Shown piece after piece: positions 1 to 8,653 of a DNA stretch of 64,000 bases. The DNA lies in the NCBI GenBank assembly GCA_030692905.1, contig JAUYBT010000085.1, positions 100 through 64,099 of the forward strand, in the 5' to 3' direction. The position numbers and the translations under genes were made by a program. The notes beneath the pieces are model-generated. The model worked only from the letters and a program-made list of their open reading frames with translations, did not search any database and had not been told where the DNA came from. Origin of the DNA: Bacteroidales bacterium. Lineage in GTDB: Bacteria > Bacteroidota > Bacteroidia > Bacteroidales > VadinHA17. Numbering within the stretch: the stretch's first letter is position 1; each line of letters starts with the position of its first letter.

Positions 1-188
1 AACTCAACTTCTGAAACACTCTTAACAAAGATTATAATGAAATCGTACGGATAACGAGAATCAATTTTCTTGTCAATTTTAACATCTTTGAGTTCAATAG
101 AAAGTGAAATAATAAAACTCTCTTCAGCATTTATTACTGCTATTCTTTCCTGCCCCTTATAATTAAGCTTTCCCAGTAAGTTCTTCAT
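1..188 (-). CDS. hypothetical protein, 5' part only (gene runs off the window start)
   Basis: Minus-strand ATG at 186-188 opens MKNLLGKLNYKGQERIAVINAEESFIISLSIELKDVKIDKK... with no stop before position 1. No family recognised by eye. Confidence 0.3.
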   Translation of the reverse strand, partial: MKNLLGKLNYKGQERIAVINAEESFIISLSIELKDVKIDKKIDSRYPYDFIIIFVKSVSEVE

Positions 189-248
189 ATTATCTCCCTG
201 ATTTGATCGCTAAATTAACAATAAATTAAAATATCTGCTAAAAGATCT

Positions 249-256
249 TACCTTTG
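249..256 (+). promoter_or_regulatory. Bacteroidota -7 promoter box (TACCTTTG)
   Basis: Exact match to the TAnnTTTG -7 consensus of Bacteroides-type primary sigma promoters. It lies about 10 nt upstream of the riboswitch. Confidence 0.45.
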
Positions 257-264
257 CAGTATCA

Positions 265-345
265 AAAAATGGGGTGCCTTATAACTACGGGCTGAGATCA
301 TACCCTTAAACCTGATCCGGATAATGCCGGCGGAGGGAAGAAAGA
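265..345 (+). promoter_or_regulatory. TPP (THI-box) riboswitch
   Basis: GGGGTGC (271-277), CTGAGA (292-297) and ACCCTTAAACCTGATCCGGATAATGCCGGCGGAGGGAA (302-339) match the conserved TPP aptamer core. The element is followed by thiamine transport and salvage genes. Confidence 0.85.
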
Positions 346-411
346 GTATCACACAAATCAGCTGCACATAACAACCTCATATTCTTGATTTTGACAATGA
401 ACTAATTGATC

Positions 412-2850
412 ATGATTATGAGAAGATTATTTTTTTTCATCGTGTTTATCGGTTTGCAGGGGATTTCACAAGCTATTGTTTTTCAGGTTAATGGTTCAGT
501 GATCAAAGGTAAAGTTACTGATCTCAGCGGGAATACTTTAACCGGGGCTGGTATAACAATCGAAAACACATTCCTGGGTGTGCATACTGACGCAGAAGGA
601 ACTTACTCTTTTTCCGGTCTAAAAGATGGGATTTATACACTCCGGTTTTCATTTATTGGTTATGAGACACAGGTCAAAGAAGTAAAACTTAAAGGAGAAG
701 CAGTTTTAAATATCAGCCTTTCAGCGAAGCCTTTTATGACTGAAGAGGTATTTGTAAATGCCACGAGGGCAGGAGAGCATGCTCCGTTAGCCTATTCAAC
801 GGTCAATAGCGATCTGTTGAAAAAGCAAAACACCGGTCATGACCTGCCATATTTACTGAGCCTTACGCCTTCACTTGTAGAGACTTCTGAAGCAGGTAAC
901 GGAGTCGGATATACGAGCCTTCGGATACGGGGAACTGACGGAAGCAGGATAAATGTCACAATAGACGGGATCCCGCTTAATGACCCTGAATCGCAACAGG
1001 TTTTCTGGGTCGATCTTCCTGACCTTGCTTCTTCAGTTGAAAACATACAGGTTCAGAGAGGGGCAGGCACCTCTTCGAATGGAGCCGGTGCCTTTGGAGC
1101 AACAATCAGTATTCAGACTACGAATCCTGAAAATGAGCCATTTGCTGAAGTAAACTCATCGATGGGCTCCTTTAATACAATAAAGAATATGGTTGCAGCA
1201 GGAACAGGTCTTCTTGCCGGCAAGTTTGCTCTCCAGATGCGTTATTCCGATTTGAAAAGCGATGGTTTCATCGAAAGGACAGGTTCGGATCACCGATCGG
1301 CATATATAAGTGGTATATTCAGAACTGACCGGTCAAGATTAAAAGCTAATATAATTCTCGGAGAAGAACATACAGGAATTGGCTGGTGGGGTGTCCCGAA
1401 AGATATGCTTACAGTGAACAGAAGATACAATCCGGCAGGCGAATATACCGATGAATCAGGAATTAAGCGCTATTACGATAATGAAAGCGACAATTATTTC
1501 CAGAATCATTTCCAGCTCATTTATAGTCTGAAACTCAACAATTATCTCTCTCTTCATACTGCTCTTCATTATACAAAAGGAAAAGGCTATTATGAGGAAT
1601 ACAGGAAAGATCAGCCTCTGACATATTATGGGATATCTTCCGTTAACATAGGCGACACAATAATTTCAGAAACAGATCTGATAAGAAGGAAATGGATGTC
1701 GAATGATTTTTATGGTCTTGTATATTCCCTGAAATACCAGAATGAACGAATTGAAGCAACAGCCGGAGGAGGAATGAACCTCTATATTGGTGATCACTTT
1801 GGAAGGATTATATGGATGAGAAATTCAGGTAACACTGAGAAAGATTACAGGTGGTACCTTAACAGTTCAAAAAAAGGGGAAATAAGTCTTTATGGTAAAG
1901 TAAATTATTCACTGTCAGATAAAACCACCATATTTGGGGATCTTCAATACAGACATATATTATATAATATGACTGGTATAGATGACGATCTGAAAGATAT
2001 CGGACAGGAACACAGGTTTGGATTCTTCAACCCTAAAGCAGGAGTTTTTTTCTCAATAACCCCAAACCAGGATGCTTATTTCTCATTTTCTGTCGCCAAT
2101 CGTGAACCTACCAGAACTGATTTTAAAGAGGCATCAGGTGACCTGAATGCTACACCAAAGCCAGAGACCCTTTACGACTCAGAAATGGGATATAAACTAA
2201 GAACGGGTAAAAGTTCCCTTGCAATTAATTTATATGGAATGATTTACAAGGACCAACTCGTGCCTACCGGTGAATTGAGCGATGTAGGATATTCTATAAT
2301 GACAAATGTTGAGAAAAGTTACCGGTTAGGTTTGGAGATGACCGCAGGGTTCAAACCATCAAAATTCATCGACTGGAATCTGAATCTGACAATCAGCAGA
2401 AATAAGATCACAGATTTTACAGAGCATTATGTTGACTACAATACATCCGATTGGTCATCGGAATATTTAAGTAAAAATCTTGGGGAAGTTGACATCGCAT
2501 ACTCACCTTCAATAATCGGAACTAGCGATCTTACATTTAAAATTCTCCATGGTGTTGCCCTGCACATGATAAGTAAATATGTCGGGAAACAGTACTTCGA
2601 CAATACTATGAATCCCGAAAGGATGATCGACCCTTACTTCGTTAATAATATCAGGTTAGATTATGAACCTCGTATCCGGAATATAAAAGGAGTTGAACTT
2701 CAGTTTCTTATAAATAATATTTTTAATGAAATTTATGAGAGCAATGCTTATGGAGGCAATTGGTACGAAGATGGTGCTGAGAAGAGCTGGTCGTACTACT
2801 TTCCACAGGCTGGCATAAATTACATGTTAAAAATTGGCGTAAAGTTCTGA
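412..2850 (+). CDS. TonB-dependent outer-membrane receptor (thiamine-regulon receptor)
   Basis: Signal peptide, CarboxypepD_reg-like N-domain (VKGKVTDLSGNTLTGAGITIE), plug and beta-barrel ending in ...KIGVKF. First gene after the TPP riboswitch. ATG at 412 or 418 is preferred over the TTG at 406. Confidence 0.85.
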   Translation: MIMRRLFFFIVFIGLQGISQAIVFQVNGSVIKGKVTDLSGNTLTGAGITIENTFLGVHTDAEGTYSFSGLKDGIYTLRFSFIGYETQVKEVKLKGEAVLNISLSAKPFMTEEVFVNATRAGEHAPLAYSTVNSDLLKKQNTGHDLPYLLSLTPSLVETSEAGNGVGYTSLRIRGTDGSRINVTIDGIPLNDPESQQVFWVDLPDLASSVENIQVQRGAGTSSNGAGAFGATISIQTTNPENEPFAEVNSSMGSFNTIKNMVAAGTGLLAGKFALQMRYSDLKSDGFIERTGSDHRSAYISGIFRTDRSRLKANIILGEEHTGIGWWGVPKDMLTVNRRYNPAGEYTDESGIKRYYDNESDNYFQNHFQLIYSLKLNNYLSLHTALHYTKGKGYYEEYRKDQPLTYYGISSVNIGDTIISETDLIRRKWMSNDFYGLVYSLKYQNERIEATAGGGMNLYIGDHFGRIIWMRNSGNTEKDYRWYLNSSKKGEISLYGKVNYSLSDKTTIFGDLQYRHILYNMTGIDDDLKDIGQEHRFGFFNPKAGVFFSITPNQDAYFSFSVANREPTRTDFKEASGDLNATPKPETLYDSEMGYKLRTGKSSLAINLYGMIYKDQLVPTGELSDVGYSIMTNVEKSYRLGLEMTAGFKPSKFIDWNLNLTISRNKITDFTEHYVDYNTSDWSSEYLSKNLGEVDIAYSPSIIGTSDLTFKILHGVALHMISKYVGKQYFDNTMNPERMIDPYFVNNIRLDYEPRIRNIKGVELQFLINNIFNEIYESNAYGGNWYEDGAEKSWSYYFPQAGINYMLKIGVKF

Positions 2851-2866
2851 TAATCAATTTATTACA

Positions 2867-3556
2867 ATGATTGTATCTAACTGGTTATCAGATAATTACA
2901 TTGAAGTCTTCGGTGCAATTACCGGGATTATATATATATTTCTGGAGATCAGGCAAACCATTTGGCTATGGCCCATAGGGATCATCACATCCGCTGTTTA
3001 TATCTGGGTTTTTTTCACTGGCAAACTCTATGCAGATATGAGCCTGCAAGTGTATTATCTTGTAATCAGCTGTCTGGGGTGGTATTGGTGGGCAAAGGGC
3101 ACAGGGCACAGAGCTCAGGGCATGGGGCACAGGGCACAGAGCTCAGAGTTCAGATCACAGGGAATCAGGTACAAGGAAGAAGTAGCAGGAGGGAGAGAAG
3201 GTGAGTTACATGTAACCCGGATTACCTTGAAAACCGGACTTGTACTGGCAGCAGTATTTTCTGTTTTGTTTATAGTGATGTGGTTCATTCTTGACAGGTT
3301 GACTGATTCACCTGTGCCTGGATGGGATTCATTTATAACATCATTGTCAATAGTAGCGACCTGGATGCTTGCCCGTAAAATTTATGAACACTGGCTGTTA
3401 TGGATTGTTGTAAATTCAGTAGCGGTGGTACTATTTTTATCCCGGGGGCTATATCCGACAGTAATTCTTTATGTGGTTTATGGAATAATGTCGTTTATTG
3501 GACTCACAGCATGGAAAAAAACAATCAGAACTGAGTTATCAATAAGTAAAAAATGA
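2867..3556 (+). CDS. PnuC-family transporter, PnuT-like (thiamine/nicotinamide riboside transporter family)
   Basis: Multi-pass membrane protein with a PnuC-like ARKIYEHWLLWIVVN motif and a WW-rich TM3 end. It sits inside the TPP-riboswitch operon. It carries a roughly 35-aa low-complexity loop insertion. Confidence 0.75.
   Translation: MIVSNWLSDNYIEVFGAITGIIYIFLEIRQTIWLWPIGIITSAVYIWVFFTGKLYADMSLQVYYLVISCLGWYWWAKGTGHRAQGMGHRAQSSEFRSQGIRYKEEVAGGREGELHVTRITLKTGLVLAAVFSVLFIVMWFILDRLTDSPVPGWDSFITSLSIVATWMLARKIYEHWLLWIVVNSVAVVLFLSRGLYPTVILYVVYGIMSFIGLTAWKKTIRTELSISKK
3097..3173. repeat. degenerate heptanucleotide tandem repeat (GGGCACA-like, about 11 units) including a perfect 22-nt duplication
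   Basis: Read in 7-mers from 3097: gggcaca gggcaca gagctca gggcatg gggcaca gggcaca gagctca gagttca gatcaca gggaatc aggtaca. The segment 3097-3118 is identical to 3125-3146 (28-nt period). Confidence 0.85.
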
Positions 3557-4200
3557 AAGATAATCCAATTAATTCCATTACCGTAATAGTCGCCGACGGT
3601 TCCTTCCCTGAACATCATATCCCACTCGGTTATCTTAAGGAAGCCGGCAGGATAATCTGTTGCGATGGGAGTGCAGAAAATCTTCTGAAAGCAGGGTTTG
3701 TACCTGAGGCAATAGTTGGTGATATGGATTCACTCAGCAAAGAGACTGCAGACAGATTCAGCGATCGCATATTCCGTGGCGGGAACCAGGATACCAATGA
3801 TCTGACAAAAGCAGTCTGCTGGTGCTCAGAAAGAGGATATACAGAAATAGTGATAGTTGGTGCCACAGGTAAGCGGGAAGACCATACAATTGGTAATATT
3901 TCACTTTTAACAGAATATTCAAAAGATGTGAAAGTGATAATGGTGACTGATACCGGAATTCTATTGCCTTTTTTGAACGGGTCTGAAATATCATCATTTC
4001 CCGGCCAGCAGGTTTCAATCTTCTCAATTGATCCTGAAACAGAAATAACTTCAAAAGGATTACGATATCCTCTGGACAATAAAAAACTAAAAAACTGGTG
4101 GGTAGCAACATTAAATGAGTCGCTGGAAGATAGCTTCACTCTTGAATTCAACCAGGGACGGGTGATCGTCTACTTGAAATTTCCAGGTAAGGAGTTATAA
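3553..4200 (+). CDS. thiN: thiamine pyrophosphokinase
   Basis: IVGDMDS, DQDTNDLTKA and VGATGKREDHTIGN motifs typical of thiamine diphosphokinase. The start overlaps the pnuT stop (ATGA). Confidence 0.85.
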   Translation: MKDNPINSITVIVADGSFPEHHIPLGYLKEAGRIICCDGSAENLLKAGFVPEAIVGDMDSLSKETADRFSDRIFRGGNQDTNDLTKAVCWCSERGYTEIVIVGATGKREDHTIGNISLLTEYSKDVKVIMVTDTGILLPFLNGSEISSFPGQQVSIFSIDPETEITSKGLRYPLDNKKLKNWWVATLNESLEDSFTLEFNQGRVIVYLKFPGKEL

Positions 4201-4293
4201 TATCTTCAGTTCTTTAACCAGATTAATGAGTTGGAAGATTACCAGGGGGTATGGATGGAGAAAAGAAATAAAAAAAATATGCTGGAGAAAATT

Positions 4294-6573
4294 TTACAGT
4301 TTCTTCAACTTAGCGAACCTGAGTAGTAATTTTTTTCTTCCGTCTTTTTCAAACTCCACAGTAGCTGTAGTGTTTGGTTGTTGACCCTCAATTGATATTA
4401 TTATGCCGTTACCAAATCTTTCATGCTGTACTCTATCACCCTCTGAAAATGATGAGGAATCAATGGCGGTGAAGGGAGTGTCAGATGCAGGTTCTGTTTT
4501 CCGGATTTTTTTAAACCGGTCATCCTTTACATAGGTTTGAGGCTCTTCGCGAAAAGATGATAGTTTGCTGCCTGCCTTAATATTATTCTTAAACGGTTTT
4601 CCTCCTGTCTGGAGATAATGCAGAAATTTCTGATCAATCTCACGAAGAAACCGGCTGGGACTGCATCTTTCGAGGTTTCCCCATTTATACCTGTTAAGTG
4701 CGTAGCTCAGAGTTGCCTGCTTTTCGGCACGGGTAACTGCAACGTAGAACAGACGTCTCTCTTCCTCAAGTTCGCGGGCGCTTCCAGATGACATTGGTGA
4801 TGGAAACAAGGTGTCTTCCATTCCGACAATATATACATGCTTGAATTCCAGTCCTTTGGCAGAATGCATGGTCATAAGGGTGACTTTATTACGATCTTCC
4901 TCATTTTCGGTATCCTGATCAGTCAGTAATGCCACATTGGCAATATAAGCCTCCAGTGTTGAAGGCTCGCCGTTGGTCTCAGCTTCCTCGGTAAAAACTT
5001 TTATTGCATTCAACAACTCTTCAAGGTTTTCATAACGGCTGACCTCTTCGGGGAATTTCCCCTCTTTAAGTTCTCTTATAATTCCAGAAGCGAGGGCAAT
5101 TTCCCCCGCTTTTGCAAAAGCATCCGTAGTGCCGGAATTAAGCCGGAGGGTATTAATGAGGTCAACATACATCGATAACTTTTTGACTGTCCCTGAATTA
5201 AAGTACTCCGGATATTTTCCGGCTTCAGGGAGAATACTCCAGGGCGTGACATTAAAAGCTGAAGCCAATTCGAATGTTTTTTGAATTGTAGTATCTCCGA
5301 TACCTCGTTTTGGATAGTTTACCGACCTCTTGAGAGCTTCCTCATCTTCTGGGTTTATTATCATCCTGAAGTACGCCAATATGTCTTTTATCTCTTTACG
5401 TTCGTAGAATGATAATCCTCCATATATTTTATATGGTATGTTTTTTCTGCGGAGAGTCTCTTCAAAGATCCTCGACTGGGCATTTGTCCGGTAAAGAATT
5501 GCAAAATCTAACCAGTTGAGCTGGAGCGAAAATCTCTTATCAAAAATATCCGAAGAAACATTAAACCCCTCTTCAGAATCGGTCATCGCCTGCATAACCT
5601 GTATCTTTTCCCCGGGTTCATTCATTGAAAAAACCTTTTTCTGAATCTGACCCTCATTGTTTGCAATAATGGTGTTTGCTGCATTCACGATTGTCTGGGT
5701 CGACCTGTAATTTTGCTCAAGCTTAAAGAGCTGGTAATCACCGTAGTCGTTTTTGAATTCAAGAATATTTTCAATTCGGGCACCCCTGAATGAGTATATA
5801 CTCTGAGCGTCATCGCCAACCACACAGATATTCTGATGCGAAGCAGCAAGTTTTTTTACTATCAGGTATTGAGAAAAGTTGGTATCCTGATACTCATCAA
5901 CAAGCACATAATTGAACCTTTCCTGGTATGCTGCAAGAACATCCGGGAAATCTCTGAAGAGTATGTTTGTATTTAGTAACAGGTCATCAAAATCCATCGC
6001 ATTAGCCTTGAAACAGCGTGAGGTATAAGTCCTGTAAACATCGGCAAGTAAAGGCATCCGGCTCGATTTGTCATTTTCCTGCATCAAGGAATCAGCAGCA
6101 TACATGCTGGAGGTTACGAGGCTGTTTTTTGCGGTTGATATCCTTGAAGCTATAACACCGGGTTTGTAAATATTATCATTGAGATTAAACTCTTTTATAA
6201 TAGTTCTGATGAGACTTTTAGAATCGGTTGAATCGTAGATAGTATAATTCGATTTGTACCCGAGTCTTTCACCTTCCATCCTCAGTATCTTTGCAAAGAT
6301 GGAGTGAAAGGTACCCATCCAGAGATATCGGGCTATTTCGGGGCTGATAATCCCGGTGATCCTCTCTCTCATCGCTTTTGCAGCCTTGTTCGTAAAGGTC
6401 AATGCAAGAATTTTACCGGCCGGGACGCCCTTCTGAAGAAGATGAACAATGCGATAAGTAAGGACCCTTGTTTTACCGGAACCAGCACCTGCTATTACAA
6501 GAGCAGGTCCTTCAGTATTGATAACTGCTTGTCTCTGAGACTTATTCAGATCGTTCAGATAGTTGGTTGTCAT
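4294..6573 (-). CDS. uvrD: ATP-dependent DNA helicase, UvrD/PcrA/Rep family
   Basis: SF1 motifs AGAGSGKTRVLT, DEYQDTN, GDDAQSIYSFRGA, QNYRST, TMHSAKGLEF and VAVTRA. The start is set at the ATG giving MTTNYLNDLN..., because a -7 box lies inside the longer ORF extension. Confidence 0.9.
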   Translation of the reverse strand: MTTNYLNDLNKSQRQAVINTEGPALVIAGAGSGKTRVLTYRIVHLLQKGVPAGKILALTFTNKAAKAMRERITGIISPEIARYLWMGTFHSIFAKILRMEGERLGYKSNYTIYDSTDSKSLIRTIIKEFNLNDNIYKPGVIASRISTAKNSLVTSSMYAADSLMQENDKSSRMPLLADVYRTYTSRCFKANAMDFDDLLLNTNILFRDFPDVLAAYQERFNYVLVDEYQDTNFSQYLIVKKLAASHQNICVVGDDAQSIYSFRGARIENILEFKNDYGDYQLFKLEQNYRSTQTIVNAANTIIANNEGQIQKKVFSMNEPGEKIQVMQAMTDSEEGFNVSSDIFDKRFSLQLNWLDFAILYRTNAQSRIFEETLRRKNIPYKIYGGLSFYERKEIKDILAYFRMIINPEDEEALKRSVNYPKRGIGDTTIQKTFELASAFNVTPWSILPEAGKYPEYFNSGTVKKLSMYVDLINTLRLNSGTTDAFAKAGEIALASGIIRELKEGKFPEEVSRYENLEELLNAIKVFTEEAETNGEPSTLEAYIANVALLTDQDTENEEDRNKVTLMTMHSAKGLEFKHVYIVGMEDTLFPSPMSSGSARELEEERRLFYVAVTRAEKQATLSYALNRYKWGNLERCSPSRFLREIDQKFLHYLQTGGKPFKNNIKAGSKLSSFREEPQTYVKDDRFKKIRKTEPASDTPFTAIDSSSFSEGDRVQHERFGNGIIISIEGQQPNTTATVEFEKDGRKKLLLRFAKLKKL

Positions 6574-6606
6574 GTGTTTGTTTGAATCACAGCGTACCGG
6601 GTCCGG

Positions 6607-6614
6607 CAAATTTA
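6607..6614 (-). promoter_or_regulatory. Bacteroidota -7 promoter box (TAAATTTG on the minus strand)
   Basis: The plus strand reads CAAATTTA, which is the reverse complement of TAAATTTG. It lies 34 nt upstream of the helicase ATG at 6573. Confidence 0.4.
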
Positions 6615-6686
6615 GCAATAACAAGGTCAATGAAACAGCAAACTGAAAAGTAAAAACAGATTATTTATCAACAGCAGCGAGGCTTT

Positions 6687-6839
6687 CTCAAAAGTATTAT
6701 CAACCACCCCGTCATGAACCTTCGGTCATGACACCCCTCCTTTAAAAAGGAGGGGAAAGTTTGGATATACAATATTATAACTTTCTCCTCCTCTTCAGAG
6801 GAGGAGTACCCCGAAGGGGGGAGGTGGTGTGCTTTTGAG
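6687..6839. repeat. nested-hairpin palindromic intergenic element (REP/MITE-like)
   Basis: Outer inverted repeat CTCAAAAG...CCACC / GGTGG...CTTTTGAG. It encloses hairpins at 6711-6732, 6734-6755 (CCCCTCCTTT/AAAGGAGGGG), 6785-6806 (CTCCTCCTC/GAGGAGGAG) and 6809-6819. Confidence 0.7.
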
Positions 6840-6972
6840 ACAACCTCCAGAAAATTCCGTAGATTTTATTATAATTGTAACAGATATTCTCTGGCAGACT
6901 GTAAGATCTGAAACACCACAAGAGAAGAAAATGTAAGATTCAATGTAATCATAAATTTAAATCAGAAATATT

Positions 6973-7296
6973 ATGAAAAGATTTGGTCAGATAATAGGAG
7001 TAAAACCTGAACACTTTGAACGTTACAAAAAATATCATGCGGCTGTATGGCCTGAGATTCTTGATATGATTAAAAAATGTAACATGCATAACTATTCAAT
7101 TTTCCATAAAGACGGGATGCTGTATGCATATTTTGAATATACCGGAAATGATTTTGCTGCCGATATGGCAAAGATGGCTGCAGATCCAAAGACACAGGAG
7201 TGGTGGGCAATTATGGAGCCAATGCAGGATCCGGTTGCTACCCGCAAAAAAGGTGAATGGTGGGCAAATATGGAAGAGGTATTTCACATGGATTGA
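6973..7296 (+). CDS. rhaM: L-rhamnose mutarotase
   Basis: A 107-aa protein resembling the RhaM/DUF718 family (KPEHFERYKKYHAAVWPE, HNYSIF, EWW repeats). Confidence 0.7.
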   Translation: MKRFGQIIGVKPEHFERYKKYHAAVWPEILDMIKKCNMHNYSIFHKDGMLYAYFEYTGNDFAADMAKMAADPKTQEWWAIMEPMQDPVATRKKGEWWANMEEVFHMD

Positions 7297-7386
7297 TCCT
7301 GAAATCTGCCCTTATTTTATTATACTTGCAGAAGAATATACCAAAGTGATTCTGTTAGCGTTTTTGATTCTAAGATCTGATTACCT

Positions 7387-8619
7387 GTGCGTTACTTTTT
7401 TTTGATCATAGTAGTACTGTTACCCGTTATTTCTGAAGCTCAGCTTTCTGCTCCGGGGATGAGCGCTGTCAGGTATACTTCATATCCCTCTGCTCCGGCA
7501 GTTAAAGATCCCATATTTATATATTGTAATGCTTCGGGAACACAAAAAGGATCACTCTACGCACGTAGCCCTGGAGGAACTGGCCCATTCAATTTTTCGT
7601 GGTACAGATGGAGCGATATCACAAAAAGCTTCAGCATTCTTCTCAAAACCGAAACCGGAGTATTAACATCCTCCTCAAATAATCTTGATGAGGGGGGGTA
7701 CAAGGTTATTATAAGTGGAGGGTTTGAGGCAAGTCTTGTCGGATGGATATTTATCGACAAACCTTTTTCATCAGCAGAACTTCAGAACCGGACATGTGAC
7801 TATGTTGCATTAAAAGGGAAAGCAGCAATTGACACTTTCTTTTATAAAAATATCTCTAACGGGCTTCCGGTTAAATTACCGAACAGGGTCTGGTTCTTAT
7901 GGTCATCGGATCCAACCTCTTCGATACCCTTTCCCGATTTGTATATTAACCCTCAGACCTTTAATCCGCCATTGGTTGATGTCACATATAATCTGCAGGT
8001 GAGCGATAGTTTTGGCTGTGTCAGCTACTCATCATTCCCTTATGAGTCTATTCATGTTAAGGCAGATTTCTCGGTCGATCCCGATAAAGGAGAAGCTCCA
8101 CTCGAGGTGGCTTTCACTGATAAGTCGATTAGAGGAATTAAATATAAATGGGAATTTGGCAATGATACCATCCTGGAACTCAATGACCCTGGCCCACAAA
8201 TCTTAATCTTTTATAAATATTATAAACCAGGAGAGTATTCGGTGAAACTGACAATTAAAAGTGAACGCGGTTGTATCGATTCCATGAGGTTCGATAAAAT
8301 TGTGGTTGATCCTTCGGAGCTTAAAATACCAAATGTTTTTACTCCCGATGGTGACGGACTCAATGACAACTTCATGGTTGAGTCAAAATCGCTAAGGTAT
8401 ATTAGTGTTGAGGTTTTCAGCCGGAGCGGGATGAAGGTTTATAACTTTTATGGTGAGGGAGAAAGACTCAGGGAATGGCAGGGCTGGGATGGAAATGTAA
8501 ATAACTCATCCATTAAAGCCAGTCCGGGAGTATACTTCTATATCATCCGGGCATACGGATGGGATGATGTTGATTATAATAGCAAGGAACAGAAGGGGTT
8601 TGTGTACCTGTACCGGTAA
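7387..8619 (+). CDS. secreted PKD-domain protein with T9SS type B (gliding-motility-associated) C-terminal sorting domain
   Basis: Signal peptide, PKD-like segment (FSVDPDKGEAPLEVAFTDKS...YKWEFGND...PGEYSVKLTI) and a C-terminal IPNVFTPDGDGLNDNF...GVYFY...GFVYLYR domain. GTG start. Confidence 0.75.
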   Translation: MRYFFLIIVVLLPVISEAQLSAPGMSAVRYTSYPSAPAVKDPIFIYCNASGTQKGSLYARSPGGTGPFNFSWYRWSDITKSFSILLKTETGVLTSSSNNLDEGGYKVIISGGFEASLVGWIFIDKPFSSAELQNRTCDYVALKGKAAIDTFFYKNISNGLPVKLPNRVWFLWSSDPTSSIPFPDLYINPQTFNPPLVDVTYNLQVSDSFGCVSYSSFPYESIHVKADFSVDPDKGEAPLEVAFTDKSIRGIKYKWEFGNDTILELNDPGPQILIFYKYYKPGEYSVKLTIKSERGCIDSMRFDKIVVDPSELKIPNVFTPDGDGLNDNFMVESKSLRYISVEVFSRSGMKVYNFYGEGERLREWQGWDGNVNNSSIKASPGVYFYIIRAYGWDDVDYNSKEQKGFVYLYR

Positions 8620-8653
8620 TAAAAGTCTTATTTTCCATTCCTGCAAGTCTGGC

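Noticed and set aside
2962-3204. 80-aa alternative-frame ORF inside pnuT
   Set aside because: It is created by the GC-rich heptamer repeat and lies wholly within the well-supported PnuC-family frame. Its translation is low-complexity.
6574-6630. N-terminal extensions of ORF-track models: uvrD 6574-6630, rpsN 29034-29069, UbiD 39609-39632, ychF 49026-49118, anti-sigma 48305-48364
   Set aside because: The extensions overlap upstream genes, promoter boxes or palindromic elements and add non-homologous residues ahead of canonical N-termini. Internal ATG starts were chosen instead.
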